DNA from: an uncultured Acidimicrobiaceae bacterium
GTDB taxonomy: Bacteria > Actinomycetota > Acidimicrobiia > Acidimicrobiales > RAAP-2
Direction of reading: 5' to 3'
DNA length: 64,000 nt
NCBI GenBank assembly: GCA_963756025.1
Contig: CAVWMF010000007.1
Span: 102,612 to 166,611, forward strand
A program made the position numbers and the translations under genes. This document shows, one piece after another, positions 44,662-54,153 of this stretch (within the stretch, counting starts at the first letter, position 1; each line of letters starts with the position of its first letter). The notes beneath the pieces were generated by a model. It made no database searches. It was not told where the DNA came from and was given only the letters and a program-made list of their open reading frames with translations.

Positions 44662-45399
44662 GTGTCGCAGGAGTTTCTGCTCAGAGCCGTTTCCCTGGAC
44701 GTGCGCTATGGGGCGTCCCGAGCCCTCTTCGACGTGTCCCTGGACATCCCGGCGGGCGAGGTCGTGGCCCTCCTCGGTCCGAATGGGGCGGGCAAGAGCA
44801 CATTCGCACGTGCGCTGTCCGGGCTCGTCCCGCTTACCTCGGGCTCGGTCCAGTTCGACGGGCAAGACATCTCCAAAATGCCGGCCCACCGGCGTCAAAC
44901 CTCCGGGCTGACGTATATTCCCGAGGGGCGAGGGATCTTTCCCGGACTGTCGGTGCTGGACAACCTCAAGATGGCCGCCCGGCGGGCCGGCACCCGGGCC
45001 GAGCGAGAAGCCGCTGTCGAACGAGCCATCGATCTCTTCCCGATCCTCGGGAAGAGATCTCGCCAACGAGCGGGCAGCCTGTCCGGAGGCGAGCAGCAGA
45101 TGCTCTCGCTGGGTCGGGCGCTCGCGGTCGAGCCCAAGCTGCTCATCGCAGACGAGATGTCGCTCGGACTGGCGCCGATCGTCGTCGACTCGGTCTTCCA
45201 GAGCTTGGAACAGGTACGGGATTCCGGCATTTCCGTCCTGCTGATCGAGCAGTTCGTCCACCGGGCCCTTGGAATCGCAAACCACTGTGTGATCCTGGCC
45301 CGGGGTCGCGTTGGTTGGTCCGGTCCGGCGGCCGAAGCGGGATCCGAGGTACTTGATCGTTACCTCGGGGATGCGACCACCGCAACGGCAAACGGCTGA
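44662..45399 (+). CDS. ABC transporter ATP-binding protein, LivF-like, with no adjacent permease
   Basis: 245 aa. Motifs: GPNGAGKST, LSGGEQQML, LLIADE. It resembles the C-terminal half of 21058..22725 (shared IEQxVHRAL and YLGDA). Confidence 0.9.
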   Translation: MSQEFLLRAVSLDVRYGASRALFDVSLDIPAGEVVALLGPNGAGKSTFARALSGLVPLTSGSVQFDGQDISKMPAHRRQTSGLTYIPEGRGIFPGLSVLDNLKMAARRAGTRAEREAAVERAIDLFPILGKRSRQRAGSLSGGEQQMLSLGRALAVEPKLLIADEMSLGLAPIVVDSVFQSLEQVRDSGISVLLIEQFVHRALGIANHCVILARGRVGWSGPAAEAGSEVLDRYLGDATTATANG

Positions 45400-45503
45400 A
45401 CTTCGGCCACAGGCCCGTTTGACCGGTCGAGGCCGTTCGTGGCGCGCCGCCCGGTCCCCTACCCGCTGCGGGGTTTGCGGCTGATCATGCAGCAAGTTGT
45501 GAA

Positions 45504-46187
45504 TTGCCGTATCCCTTCGAATTATGTAACCTGACCAGGGTGTCAGCGCCGGCTAAACCCCGACGCACGCAGGTCGAACGTCGCCGGCTGTCCGAACGCG
45601 CCCTGCTCGTCGCTGCAGCGGAGATCATCGCCGAACGGGGGGTCAGTGGCGCCTCGCTCGCCAGTATCAGCGAGCGTGCCGGCACCAGCCGGGGCCTGCC
45701 GACCCACCACTTCGGTACCAAGGAAGCGCTCGTCTCCCAGGTTGCCAGCAGCGCCCAGGACAGGGTTGTCGCCGAGACGGTGGCTGCCGTGAAGAAGGCG
45801 CATCGTGACGTCGCCGACCTGTCCGCCCTCGAGCTGGTACGGACAACGGTTGACACATACCTCGAAATGTTCGAAGAGCCCACAGCCGATGAACGGGCCC
45901 TGATCGTGATGTGGGGCGCGACATTCCCTTCCGAGTCCTCGCTCGAGGGGATGGCGGAGGCCGATCAGCGGGCCTTTGACGGCTGGACCGAGCTGATCGA
46001 GCGAGGACAGGAGGACGGATCGATCCGATCCGACGTCGATCCGGAAGTCACCGCCGTTGTCCTTCAGGGCTTGATCCGTGGCGTCGCGGCGATCCTGCTC
46101 ACACAGCCCGATGGGGCACACGCTCTCCAGTCCCGTCGGACGGTCGACCAATGGCTGGCTGCTGCGCTCACCCCGCCCTTCGCCTGA
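45504..46187 (+). CDS. TetR/AcrR family transcriptional regulator
   Basis: The HTH is 'VSGASLASISERAGTSRGLPTHHFGTKEALV'. The start is uncertain: TTG 45504 or GTG 45540. Confidence 0.85.
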   Translation: MPYPFELCNLTRVSAPAKPRRTQVERRRLSERALLVAAAEIIAERGVSGASLASISERAGTSRGLPTHHFGTKEALVSQVASSAQDRVVAETVAAVKKAHRDVADLSALELVRTTVDTYLEMFEEPTADERALIVMWGATFPSESSLEGMAEADQRAFDGWTELIERGQEDGSIRSDVDPEVTAVVLQGLIRGVAAILLTQPDGAHALQSRRTVDQWLAAALTPPFA

Positions 46188-46211
46188 AGGCTCGCCGGCC
46201 CGGCCGATACT

Positions 46212-47399
46212 TCATCCCACGGCTCCCCGCAAGGGGCGGAAGGACGATCTGACCTCGTCGACGAAGATATCCGGCTGCTCGAATGCCGCGAAATGGCCGC
46301 CCTTTGCGGGTTCGTTCCACCAGTGGATGTTGGTGAAACGCGTCTCGGCCCAGCGTCGCGACGGGCGTCGGATCTCCCGCGGGAAGACCGAACAGCCGGT
46401 CGGGACGGTGATGGGGCCCATCTGCCTGGCCAGGGCAGCCGGGTCGGCCATTGCCGCCGGGCCTGCACTCTCCCAGTAGAGGCGGGCCGATGAGGCCCCC
46501 GTGCCGGTAAACCAATAAACCGTTGCGTTGTCGAGCAGTTGGTCCCTCGTGAAGACGTTGTATGGATCCCCGTCACAATCGGTCCACGCCCAGAACTTCT
46601 CAACGACCCAGGCCAGCTGTCCCACTGGGGAATCGACCAACCCGTAGCCGAGCGTCTGGGGCCTCGTGGACTGTTGGTGTTGGTACCCGGTCCCCCATTT
46701 CGTGTGCCACTCGAAGTCTGCAATGTTCTGCCGCTCCTGGGCTGTGGCATCATCGGTCAACGGTCCGAGCATCACAGTCGGCATGTTGACGTGAATGCCG
46801 ACGACGCGGTCCTGATGGGTCTGACCGAGCAAGCTCGTCACCGCTGAACCCCAGTCACCACCCTGGGCGCCGTAGCGTTCATAGCCGAGCCGGGACATCA
46901 ACGTGGCCCACGCGTCGGCGACCCACGGTACCCCTCGCCCTCGTTGTCTCGGCTTGTCGCTGAACCCGTAGCCGGGTAGCGACGGGCACACGACGGAAAA
47001 GGCATCGCTTGGATCGCCACCATGGGCGGCGGGGTCGGTGAGGGGCCCGATCACGTCGAGGAACTCGACGTACGTTCCCGGCCAGCCGTGGGTGATCACC
47101 AGGGGCAGCGCGTCGGGCTCGCGTGAGCGGGCGTGAACGAAATGGATGTCGAGGTCGTCAATGCGGGTTGTGAACTGGGGCCATTCGTTCATGCGGCGGG
47201 TCGCAGCATCGAAGTCGTAGTCGTCGAGCCAGTGGGCCGCCAGCTCCTGGACGAACTCGAGGGGAACCCCTTGCGACCAGTCGTTCACGGTCTCTTGTTC
47301 GGCCCAGCGCGTGCTGCGCAAGCGTCGGCGAAGATCGTCGATGGCGATCGGGTCGAATGCGACCTCGAAATCAGCAACATCATCCATGCCCGAGCTCAT
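46212..47399 (-). CDS. epoxide hydrolase (N-terminal EHN domain + alpha/beta hydrolase)
   Basis: Track ORF runs to 47486; ATG 47399 is preferred. Motifs: ITHGWPGTYVEF (HGxP oxyanion motif) and GGDWGS (Asp nucleophile). Confidence 0.9.
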   Translation of the reverse strand: MSSGMDDVADFEVAFDPIAIDDLRRRLRSTRWAEQETVNDWSQGVPLEFVQELAAHWLDDYDFDAATRRMNEWPQFTTRIDDLDIHFVHARSREPDALPLVITHGWPGTYVEFLDVIGPLTDPAAHGGDPSDAFSVVCPSLPGYGFSDKPRQRGRGVPWVADAWATLMSRLGYERYGAQGGDWGSAVTSLLGQTHQDRVVGIHVNMPTVMLGPLTDDATAQERQNIADFEWHTKWGTGYQHQQSTRPQTLGYGLVDSPVGQLAWVVEKFWAWTDCDGDPYNVFTRDQLLDNATVYWFTGTGASSARLYWESAGPAAMADPAALARQMGPITVPTGCSVFPREIRRPSRRWAETRFTNIHWWNEPAKGGHFAAFEQPDIFVDEVRSSFRPLRGAVG

Positions 47400-47532
47400 G
47401 TGACCCCCAAGTCCAAGGTGTGTTCTCGAAAGCATGTTGCCACGAATCACGCTCGACACCCATGTCGGAGGGTCCCCGTCGTTCATGGCCCCGGCGAGGG
47501 GTTGCCTGGTATGCGATCATCTCAATGGAGAA

Positions 47533-50016
47533 ATGGCGCGTCAGGATACGCGCTGGATCGGGGACGAAGGTATCGTGCGCCAAGCGCTGAGTGATCTGAG
47601 GGTTGTCGAGCTCGGGGTGGGTTTTGCCGCGGGATGGTGCGGCAAGGCCTTTGCCGACCTCGGTGCCGATGTGCTGAAGGTGGAGTCGCCCGAGGGCGAC
47701 CCGCTCCGGGTCGACACCGGGCTCTTTGCGCACCTGCATACCAATAAGCGGAGTGCCGTCGTCGATGTCAATCCGGCGTCTGTCGCCTCTCTCCTGCCAT
47801 TCCTCGACGGCGTTGATCTCATCATCGAGACGCCCGGCTTCCGCAGCCTCGCTGACTGGGGCATCGACCGTGACGAGTTCATAGCGGGCACGCGCGGTCT
47901 GACGGTCGCTGCGATCACGGGCTTCGGCGCCACGGGCCCCTACGCCGGATATGGGTGGAGTGACCTGATCGCCCAAGCATTCAGCGGAACGATCGTCATG
48001 GATCAGCGGGGTCCGGTCAAACTGCCGATGTCACTCGGCGAGGCCGCGGTCGGGCATACGGCGGCACTCGGCGCACTGGCCGCGGTGTTGCGTGCCCGCG
48101 CGACCGGCGTGGGTGCGTTCCTCGACTGCTCCGCCGTGGAGGCACTGGCCGCCAGCCCGGCACGGATCTCGCGCTATCTGGGATGGGAGTACAGCGGACG
48201 GGCGGAGACACATCAGGCGGCGCCGACAAGCAGCGACACGCTCCTTCCGCTCGGGGTTTTTCCGTGCGCCGACGGCTACGTGGCCATGATGATGACGACG
48301 CAGCAGCTTCCCGAAATGCTCACCGTGCTCGGGAGCGATGACCTCATTGCGGCGTTCGCACGGCCGGATGCCTTCATGCGGACCGAGACGAAGGAGGTCC
48401 TCGACGGCGTGCTCTATCCGTGGCTGCTCGAACGGACGCGCCAGGAGATCACGGACATCGCGCAGGCCGCGGGGTGGCCCGTCACCCCGGTCAACGAGCC
48501 TGCTGAGTTGCTCGAGGCCGACCATCTCCACCAGCGAGGCTTCTGGGTTCACACCAATGACGACGAGCTCGGCCAGTTCCTCCTCCCGGGTGCGCCCTAT
48601 CGGCTCACCGAAGGCGGCTGGAAGCTCCGGCGGAATGCGCCACGTCTGGGCGAAGGTAACGCTCTGGCCCGGGCAGGCGATGTGCAGGCACCGCCACCCC
48701 CGATCGCTGTGCCCGACCCCGATGCACCACCGCTCGGGGACCTGCGCGTCTTGGACCTGACCACTGTCTGGTCGGGTCCTTACCTCACCTCTCTTCTCGG
48801 TGACCTCGGCGCCGAAGTCATCCGCGTCGAGACGCCGCGTGTGTTCCCGCCCACCACGAAGGGATACGTCCCGCGTCCGGAAACGAACATGGTGCTCGGC
48901 GCGCTCGCACGATTGTACGGTCCGCTTGCGCCGGGACGGGAGGATCGGCCCTACAACCGCCATGCCATGAACAATTCATTGGCGCGGGGCAAGCGCTCAT
49001 GCACGCTCGATGTCCGTATTCCCGAACAGCGTGAGATGTTCATGCGCCTCGTCGCCGTCAGTGATGTGCTGGTCGAAAATCTCAAATCAACGACACTGCA
49101 TCAGATGGGCATCCACGAGACCGAGCTGTTGAAGGTAAATCCGCGCATGATCGTCCTCAGGCTGCCGCCCGCCGGTCTCTCCGGAGACTGGGCTCACTAC
49201 ACGGGTTTCGGCGGTCAATTCGACGGCCTCACCGGTCTGACCACCCTCATCGGGCATCGGGGTACCTCGCTGACCGAATCGCCGTCCACCCAGCACATGG
49301 ACAGCGTCACCGGACCCGCTGGAGCATTTGCGACCCTCGCCGCGTTGCACCACCGAAGCGCCACCGGGCGCGGTCAAGTCGTGGAGCTCGCCCAGAGCGA
49401 AAACCTGTTGGCTGAACTCGGTGATGTCTTCGTGAATCTGCAGCTCGGCACCGCACCGAGAAAATTCGGCAATCGTGACCCGCACGTTGCGCCACAGGGC
49501 ATGTATCTGTGCGCTGACGGGTCCTGGCTGGCCATCACGGTCCACAGCGATGACGCCTGGCAAGGCCTCACGAAGGCGCTCGGACGCGCTGATCTCGCAG
49601 AAGATCAACGGCTCGTCGACTGCGCCGGAAGGCAAGCGGCGCACGACGAGATTGACGAAGCAATCGTCGCGTGGACGGCAACAGTGGAGTCCCAAGCCGC
49701 GTTCTCCGCCCTTCAGGACGCAGGGGTCGCAGCGGCGCCGGTCGGATCAGACGCCACGCTGGCATCGGATCCGCACATCGCATCCCGGCAATGGATCCGG
49801 CCGCTGACCAGCCTTGACGTCGGCACCTACAACCATTTCGGACACGCATTCCGTGGCATCCCGATGGCATGGGAACGAGGTGCGCCGACTCTCGGCCAAG
49901 ACAACGAGTACGTGTTCAAAAAGATCCTGGGTGTCAGCGACGACGAGTACGAGCGCCTCGTCTCGTCCGGGGTCGCGACGAACGACTACGTGGATCGGGA
50001 CGGCAACCCTTACTGA
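47533..50016 (+). CDS. two-domain (tandem) family III CoA-transferase
   Basis: Track ORF starts at 47434. ATG 47533 (GGAGAA upstream) gives MARQDTRW...LSDLRVVELGVGFAAGWCGKAFADLGADVLKVE. The second domain starts at 'PPLGDLRVLDLTTVWSGPYLTSLLGDLGAEVIRVE'. Confidence 0.9.
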   Translation: MARQDTRWIGDEGIVRQALSDLRVVELGVGFAAGWCGKAFADLGADVLKVESPEGDPLRVDTGLFAHLHTNKRSAVVDVNPASVASLLPFLDGVDLIIETPGFRSLADWGIDRDEFIAGTRGLTVAAITGFGATGPYAGYGWSDLIAQAFSGTIVMDQRGPVKLPMSLGEAAVGHTAALGALAAVLRARATGVGAFLDCSAVEALAASPARISRYLGWEYSGRAETHQAAPTSSDTLLPLGVFPCADGYVAMMMTTQQLPEMLTVLGSDDLIAAFARPDAFMRTETKEVLDGVLYPWLLERTRQEITDIAQAAGWPVTPVNEPAELLEADHLHQRGFWVHTNDDELGQFLLPGAPYRLTEGGWKLRRNAPRLGEGNALARAGDVQAPPPPIAVPDPDAPPLGDLRVLDLTTVWSGPYLTSLLGDLGAEVIRVETPRVFPPTTKGYVPRPETNMVLGALARLYGPLAPGREDRPYNRHAMNNSLARGKRSCTLDVRIPEQREMFMRLVAVSDVLVENLKSTTLHQMGIHETELLKVNPRMIVLRLPPAGLSGDWAHYTGFGGQFDGLTGLTTLIGHRGTSLTESPSTQHMDSVTGPAGAFATLAALHHRSATGRGQVVELAQSENLLAELGDVFVNLQLGTAPRKFGNRDPHVAPQGMYLCADGSWLAITVHSDDAWQGLTKALGRADLAEDQRLVDCAGRQAAHDEIDEAIVAWTATVESQAAFSALQDAGVAAAPVGSDATLASDPHIASRQWIRPLTSLDVGTYNHFGHAFRGIPMAWERGAPTLGQDNEYVFKKILGVSDDEYERLVSSGVATNDYVDRDGNPY

Positions 50017-50078
50017 ACGAGCAGCAAGCAGTTTCTGAGGCAAAGGCCCGGGGAGGGGCGCTGATCACTCAGTGAACC

Positions 50079-50200
50079 CGAAATCTGTAGAGCAGCCGAT
50101 TTTTTCCTCACGGAAACGCAATGACCAGGCCAAACCGGTCAGCCGACCTTCTTGACGATGGTCCATACCTTGACTACAGTTCTACAGAAGAAATCTACAG
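50079..50200. promoter_or_regulatory. cluster of CTACAG / CTGTAG motifs (candidate operator)
   Basis: CTACAG occurs at 50174..50179, 50182..50187 and 50195..50200, with an inverted copy CTGTAG at 50085..50090. The outer copies share a longer context: GAAATCTGTAG and GAAATCTACAG. Confidence 0.35.
50152..50180 (+). promoter_or_regulatory. candidate sigma-70-type promoter TTGACG-N17-TACAGT
   Basis: TTGACG at 50152..50157, a 17-nt spacer, and TACAGT at 50175..50180. It sits in the lower-GC 352-nt gap upstream of the LLM gene 50369..51514. Confidence 0.4.
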
Positions 50201-50368
50201 TCGCTCTAGCGACCACCACGGGCGGGGGAATCATGTTCAGCCGAGCTCGCAGAACCTGCAGGCCATCGATGCCGGCAGAATCTGACGTGTCCGTTCCGCA
50301 TCCCCTGCCCCACCCTTGATCACACGTCAACCCAAGGCACCATCCGCCGGACCCGACAGGAGATTGAC

Positions 50369-51514
50369 ATGAAGCTGGACCTTCTCTACGAAGTGCAAGC
50401 CCCCAAACCGTGGCCGGACAAGCCGTATCCCTACAATCAGCGCGAGGCGGAACAGGCCGCCTACTTCGAGGCGATCGAGCAGATCAAGTTGGCCGACAAG
50501 CTCGGGTTCGGCACCGTCTGGGTCGTGGAGCACCACTTCCGGATCGAGCGGTCGCACATGCCGGTGAACGACGTGTTCCTCGCCGCCTTGTCACAGGTCA
50601 CCGACCAGATCCGCCTCGGCTTCGGTGTGACGCTCACCCCGAGCAAGTTTCGCCACCCCGTCCACACCGCGGAAACGGTCGCTGCCGTCGACCTCCTGAG
50701 CCGCGGACGTGTCGAGTGGGGCACTGGGCGTTCGATACCGCACGAGCAGAAGGCATTCGGCGTGGACCCCGAAACCAGCCGTGAGTCGTGGAAGGACGCA
50801 ATTGAGGCGGTGGTCGCCATGTGGGAACAGGAGAAGTTCAGCTGGGACTCCGAGTTCATGAAATTTCCCGAATTCCCGTCCTACGAGGGCGACACGCGCT
50901 CCATCACGCCCAAGCCCTACCAGGACCCGCATCCGCCGGCGTGGATGGCGGCAGTCAGCCCCGGCAGCGTCGAGCTGGCCGGCCAGCTCGGCCTGGGCAT
51001 GCTCGCTCTCACGATCATGCAGCCGGTCGACGAGCTCGCACGGCGCATCAAGATCTACCGCGAGGCCTCCGCAAACTGCACCGAACCTCTGACGCGGGTG
51101 AAGAACACCAAGGTCGCGCCCTACACGCTTGTCCACTGCGCCGAAGACATGGAGCGCGCCGAGTCATACGGGATATGGGACTCGGTAGGCTGGTGGTACG
51201 ACCACATGGCCCAATTCCTCATTGATTGGGAGCTCCCTCCCAACGTGTCCGCAGAAGAGATCGAGAAGCTCTTTCCCCGGCTCCGTGAGACGCAGGCCGG
51301 CAAGGTCGATCCGAAATTCTTCAACGACCAGGACATGGTCATCGTCGGCAATCCGGAGCAATGTCTCGAAAAGCTCGCTCGCTACCAGGACATCGGCTGT
51401 GACTCGGTCATCTGCTATGTGCAGTTCGGTCAGCTCCACCATGACCAGGTGATGGAGTCGATCGAGGTTCTCGGGAAGCACGTGATCCCGACACTCGAGC
51501 AGCGCTCCAGTTGA
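50369..51514 (+). CDS. LLM-class (luciferase-like) flavin-dependent oxidoreductase
   Basis: 381 aa with an AGGAG RBS. Motifs: MKLDLLYEVQ, LGFGTVWVVEHHF, IRLGFGVT, GRVEWGTGRS. Confidence 0.9.
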   Translation: MKLDLLYEVQAPKPWPDKPYPYNQREAEQAAYFEAIEQIKLADKLGFGTVWVVEHHFRIERSHMPVNDVFLAALSQVTDQIRLGFGVTLTPSKFRHPVHTAETVAAVDLLSRGRVEWGTGRSIPHEQKAFGVDPETSRESWKDAIEAVVAMWEQEKFSWDSEFMKFPEFPSYEGDTRSITPKPYQDPHPPAWMAAVSPGSVELAGQLGLGMLALTIMQPVDELARRIKIYREASANCTEPLTRVKNTKVAPYTLVHCAEDMERAESYGIWDSVGWWYDHMAQFLIDWELPPNVSAEEIEKLFPRLRETQAGKVDPKFFNDQDMVIVGNPEQCLEKLARYQDIGCDSVICYVQFGQLHHDQVMESIEVLGKHVIPTLEQRSS

Positions 51515-51643
51515 GCATGACGCCCCGGGCGTGCGTCGACGTCGCCGAGGCGCAGGGTCATGTGAGCCCCGGCGCCATGACAGGGTACGCCGGGGACGCA
51601 CGTTCAATGCGGGCGGACCGTTTCCCGAGAAGCGGCTGATCCC

Positions 51644-52489
51644 ATGGGTCGTCAGGTCCCCGCCGTGGAACGGGCCCTCGAGATCCTCGAGTTGCTTGCA
51701 GACCGCACTCCGGAGCTCCTCGGCCTCTCCGAGATCGCGCGCGCGCTCGCCATGAACAAGGCGAGCTGCCATGCGACACTCACGTTGCTGGCCGACCGTA
51801 GTTACCTCATTCGTCATGACGACAAGACCTACTCTCTCGGTCCCGGGATGCTGCCGATCGCCAATAGCTTCCTGCACGACCAGAACGCGCTGCCTTTTGC
51901 GCGTGTCGAAATGGCGAACTTGGGACGCGAGCTCAATCTCGATTGCGTTGCAAGTAGCGTCGTCGGCTCCGAGATCGTGATCCTCGCCCACACGCCCTCG
52001 CCCGGATCGTTCGGCATCAACATGCGGGTCGGTTCCAGGTTCCCGCTGGTGCCTCCGATCGGCACCGTCTTCCTGGCGTGGGCAGACCGCGATCGGGTAC
52101 AGCATTGGCTCGCCGGCCTCGGCGATCAGATATCACCCCAAAAACGCGAACGTCACTTGGACGCGCTGGCGCTGGTACGTGAACGTGGTTACTCGGTGGC
52201 CATCGGCAAGACCGCCGGCGAGAGCCCGGGAATGGCCGGCGACGTCGATGACTATCTCCTTTTCGAGCTGGAGACACAGCGCCTCCCGGTGGCGCACATC
52301 GCCGCGCCGGTCTTCGATCCCGAAGGGAAGGTCCGGCTCGCTCTCACCGTCGTCGCGTTCCGGGATCAAATCACTTCACAGGAAATTCCCGTCGTCATGC
52401 AAAGGCTGACTGCGGCCACGGCCCGGGTGGCCCGGGCGACCTGGGGGGTGGCTCCGGAGTCCTCCAGCGCTTCACTCGTGACATCCTGA
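51644..52489 (+). CDS. IclR family transcriptional regulator
   Basis: 281 aa. An N-terminal wHTH (VERALEILELLADRTPELLGLSEIARALAMNKASCHATL) is followed by an IclR effector domain. Confidence 0.9.
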   Translation: MGRQVPAVERALEILELLADRTPELLGLSEIARALAMNKASCHATLTLLADRSYLIRHDDKTYSLGPGMLPIANSFLHDQNALPFARVEMANLGRELNLDCVASSVVGSEIVILAHTPSPGSFGINMRVGSRFPLVPPIGTVFLAWADRDRVQHWLAGLGDQISPQKRERHLDALALVRERGYSVAIGKTAGESPGMAGDVDDYLLFELETQRLPVAHIAAPVFDPEGKVRLALTVVAFRDQITSQEIPVVMQRLTAATARVARATWGVAPESSSASLVTS

Positions 52490-52534
52490 GGGATATGGAG
52501 ACGCCTCGCCCGGCGGCCCCGAAGGGATCGGCGC

Positions 52535-53734
52535 TCACGGATCGGCGCTGTAGACGACTGCCCCACCGAAGTGCGGCGACGAATGGCAGGCCAGACCTAT
52601 GGAAGCTTGTTCACGTTGGCGAGCACCGGCTCTCCGGGACAGCTGGAGATAGCACTCGAGCATCTGCGGAATCCCGTGCATTCGCCCGTTGCCGAGCGCT
52701 CCACCGCCGGAGAGCACCGGCAGGGCATCAGGACGATCACTGTCGATGCCTCCATCCTCGATGAACCGGTGGGCTTCGCCTTGCGGACAAAGGCCCAGCG
52801 CCTCGAGCCAGAAGTAGACAAAGGGGGAGAAGCCGTCGTAGACCTGCGGGAGATCGACATCGCGGGGCCCTATACCGGCGCTCTCCCAGAGACGCCGTGC
52901 CGTCTCTTCCCCGACCCCCATGATGTCGTCGAGCGGCCAGTGAAGCGGCAGCCGGTTCGTTGTCGGACACCCCGTGGCGTATCCGGACACATACACGGGT
53001 CGGTTCGGGAGATCACGGGCCCGCTCGGCCGATGTAAAGACAAAGACGGCCGCGCCATCCACCGGAATATCGCAGTCGTAGCGACAGATCGGGTCGCTGA
53101 TCATTGGAGCCGAGAGATACTCGTCTCGCGTGAGGGGCTTGTCATGCCAGTACGACCAAGGGATTCGTGAACCATTTTTGCGAGCCTCGACGAGAACGGT
53201 GGCCATCGCTTCCCGACTGGCTCCGTAGCGTTGGAGGTATTCGTTGTAGGGAAGGGCGATCATGGAAATCGGCCCGAAGTAGCCCTGGGGCGCCGTCCAC
53301 TGCTGACCGCCCCGCGCTTCCCGCATGACATTGCCGTGATACGAGCCTTGCGGATTGTGCAGAGCACGGTGCATCACCACGTGGTTCGCCGCACCAGTGG
53401 CGATGGCATTGACAGCCAACGCCACCGCCCCGGGAATCTGACCGAAACCCTGGAATCCGGCGGCGTAGCGGGGGTTGATGCCGAGGCTCTGGGCCAACCA
53501 GTTCGCCGAGACCAGACTCACACCGTCCTCGGCGTCGTGTGAGCCGGCGGACGGGAAGAGGCTGCCCGTGACGAAGCCGTCCACCATGTCCACCTCGAGG
53601 CCGGCGTCACGGATGGCCGTGCGAGCCGTGTCCACCGTCAAGGCCCCCAGCGACCTCGCGTCATGTTTCACGACGGGACTGTGGGCATAGCCCACAACAG
53701 CCACGCGGTTTCTCGAGGCGAAGCGCGGGCTCAC
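52535..53734 (-). CDS. thiolase-fold (lipid-transfer-protein-like) protein
   Basis: Track ORF 52535..54319 is over-extended. GTG 53734 (GGAGGA upstream, GTGA overlap with the DUF35 stop) gives VSPRFASRNRVAVVGYAHS. No Cys is seen at the usual nucleophile position (FQGFGQIPGAVALAVNAI). Confidence 0.85.
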   Translation of the reverse strand: MSPRFASRNRVAVVGYAHSPVVKHDARSLGALTVDTARTAIRDAGLEVDMVDGFVTGSLFPSAGSHDAEDGVSLVSANWLAQSLGINPRYAAGFQGFGQIPGAVALAVNAIATGAANHVVMHRALHNPQGSYHGNVMREARGGQQWTAPQGYFGPISMIALPYNEYLQRYGASREAMATVLVEARKNGSRIPWSYWHDKPLTRDEYLSAPMISDPICRYDCDIPVDGAAVFVFTSAERARDLPNRPVYVSGYATGCPTTNRLPLHWPLDDIMGVGEETARRLWESAGIGPRDVDLPQVYDGFSPFVYFWLEALGLCPQGEAHRFIEDGGIDSDRPDALPVLSGGGALGNGRMHGIPQMLECYLQLSRRAGARQREQASIGLACHSSPHFGGAVVYSADP

Positions 53735-54153
53735 GTCCGATCCTCCAGGACGAATGCCGGCACCGCGACACCCGGCGCAATGTCCTCGAAAGCCACACGA
53801 ACCGCCCTTCCGAGGTGAAGGGCCTCTTCGGGGGCATCGAGGAGGCGGCCGATGAGGCGGAGTTCGGGCTGCTCTGCGAGTTCGACATCCACCAAGATGA
53901 ACGGCACTTCGAATCCCGGCAGAAACGATTGGCACACCACCGTCCACGACCTGACCGTTCCCCTTCCACTGACCGGTAGGAACGTGAACGCAGGCTCGGT
54001 GCTCCCGCAATGCGGGCACACCGTCCCCGGTGGGTGGGTGCGCGCGCCGCACACCGCGCACTGAGCCATCGTCAGGACGTGCTCGCGTGTCGCATTCCAA
54101 TACGGTGCGGAACGACCGTCCGGAATCGGCGTGACGCGAGAATCGACGCTCAT
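53731..54153 (-). CDS. DUF35 Zn-ribbon/OB-fold protein
   Basis: 140 aa with the Zn-ribbon 'CAVCGARTHPPGTVCPHCG'. ATGA overlap with the upstream CoA-transferase. Confidence 0.85.
   Translation of the reverse strand: MSVDSRVTPIPDGRSAPYWNATREHVLTMAQCAVCGARTHPPGTVCPHCGSTEPAFTFLPVSGRGTVRSWTVVCQSFLPGFEVPFILVDVELAEQPELRLIGRLLDAPEEALHLGRAVRVAFEDIAPGVAVPAFVLEDRT

Noticed and set aside
50139-50330. 63-aa minus-strand ORF inside the large intergenic gap
   Set aside because: It has no RBS, odd composition and no similarity to anything recognisable. It overlaps the candidate promoter/operator region and is more likely non-coding.
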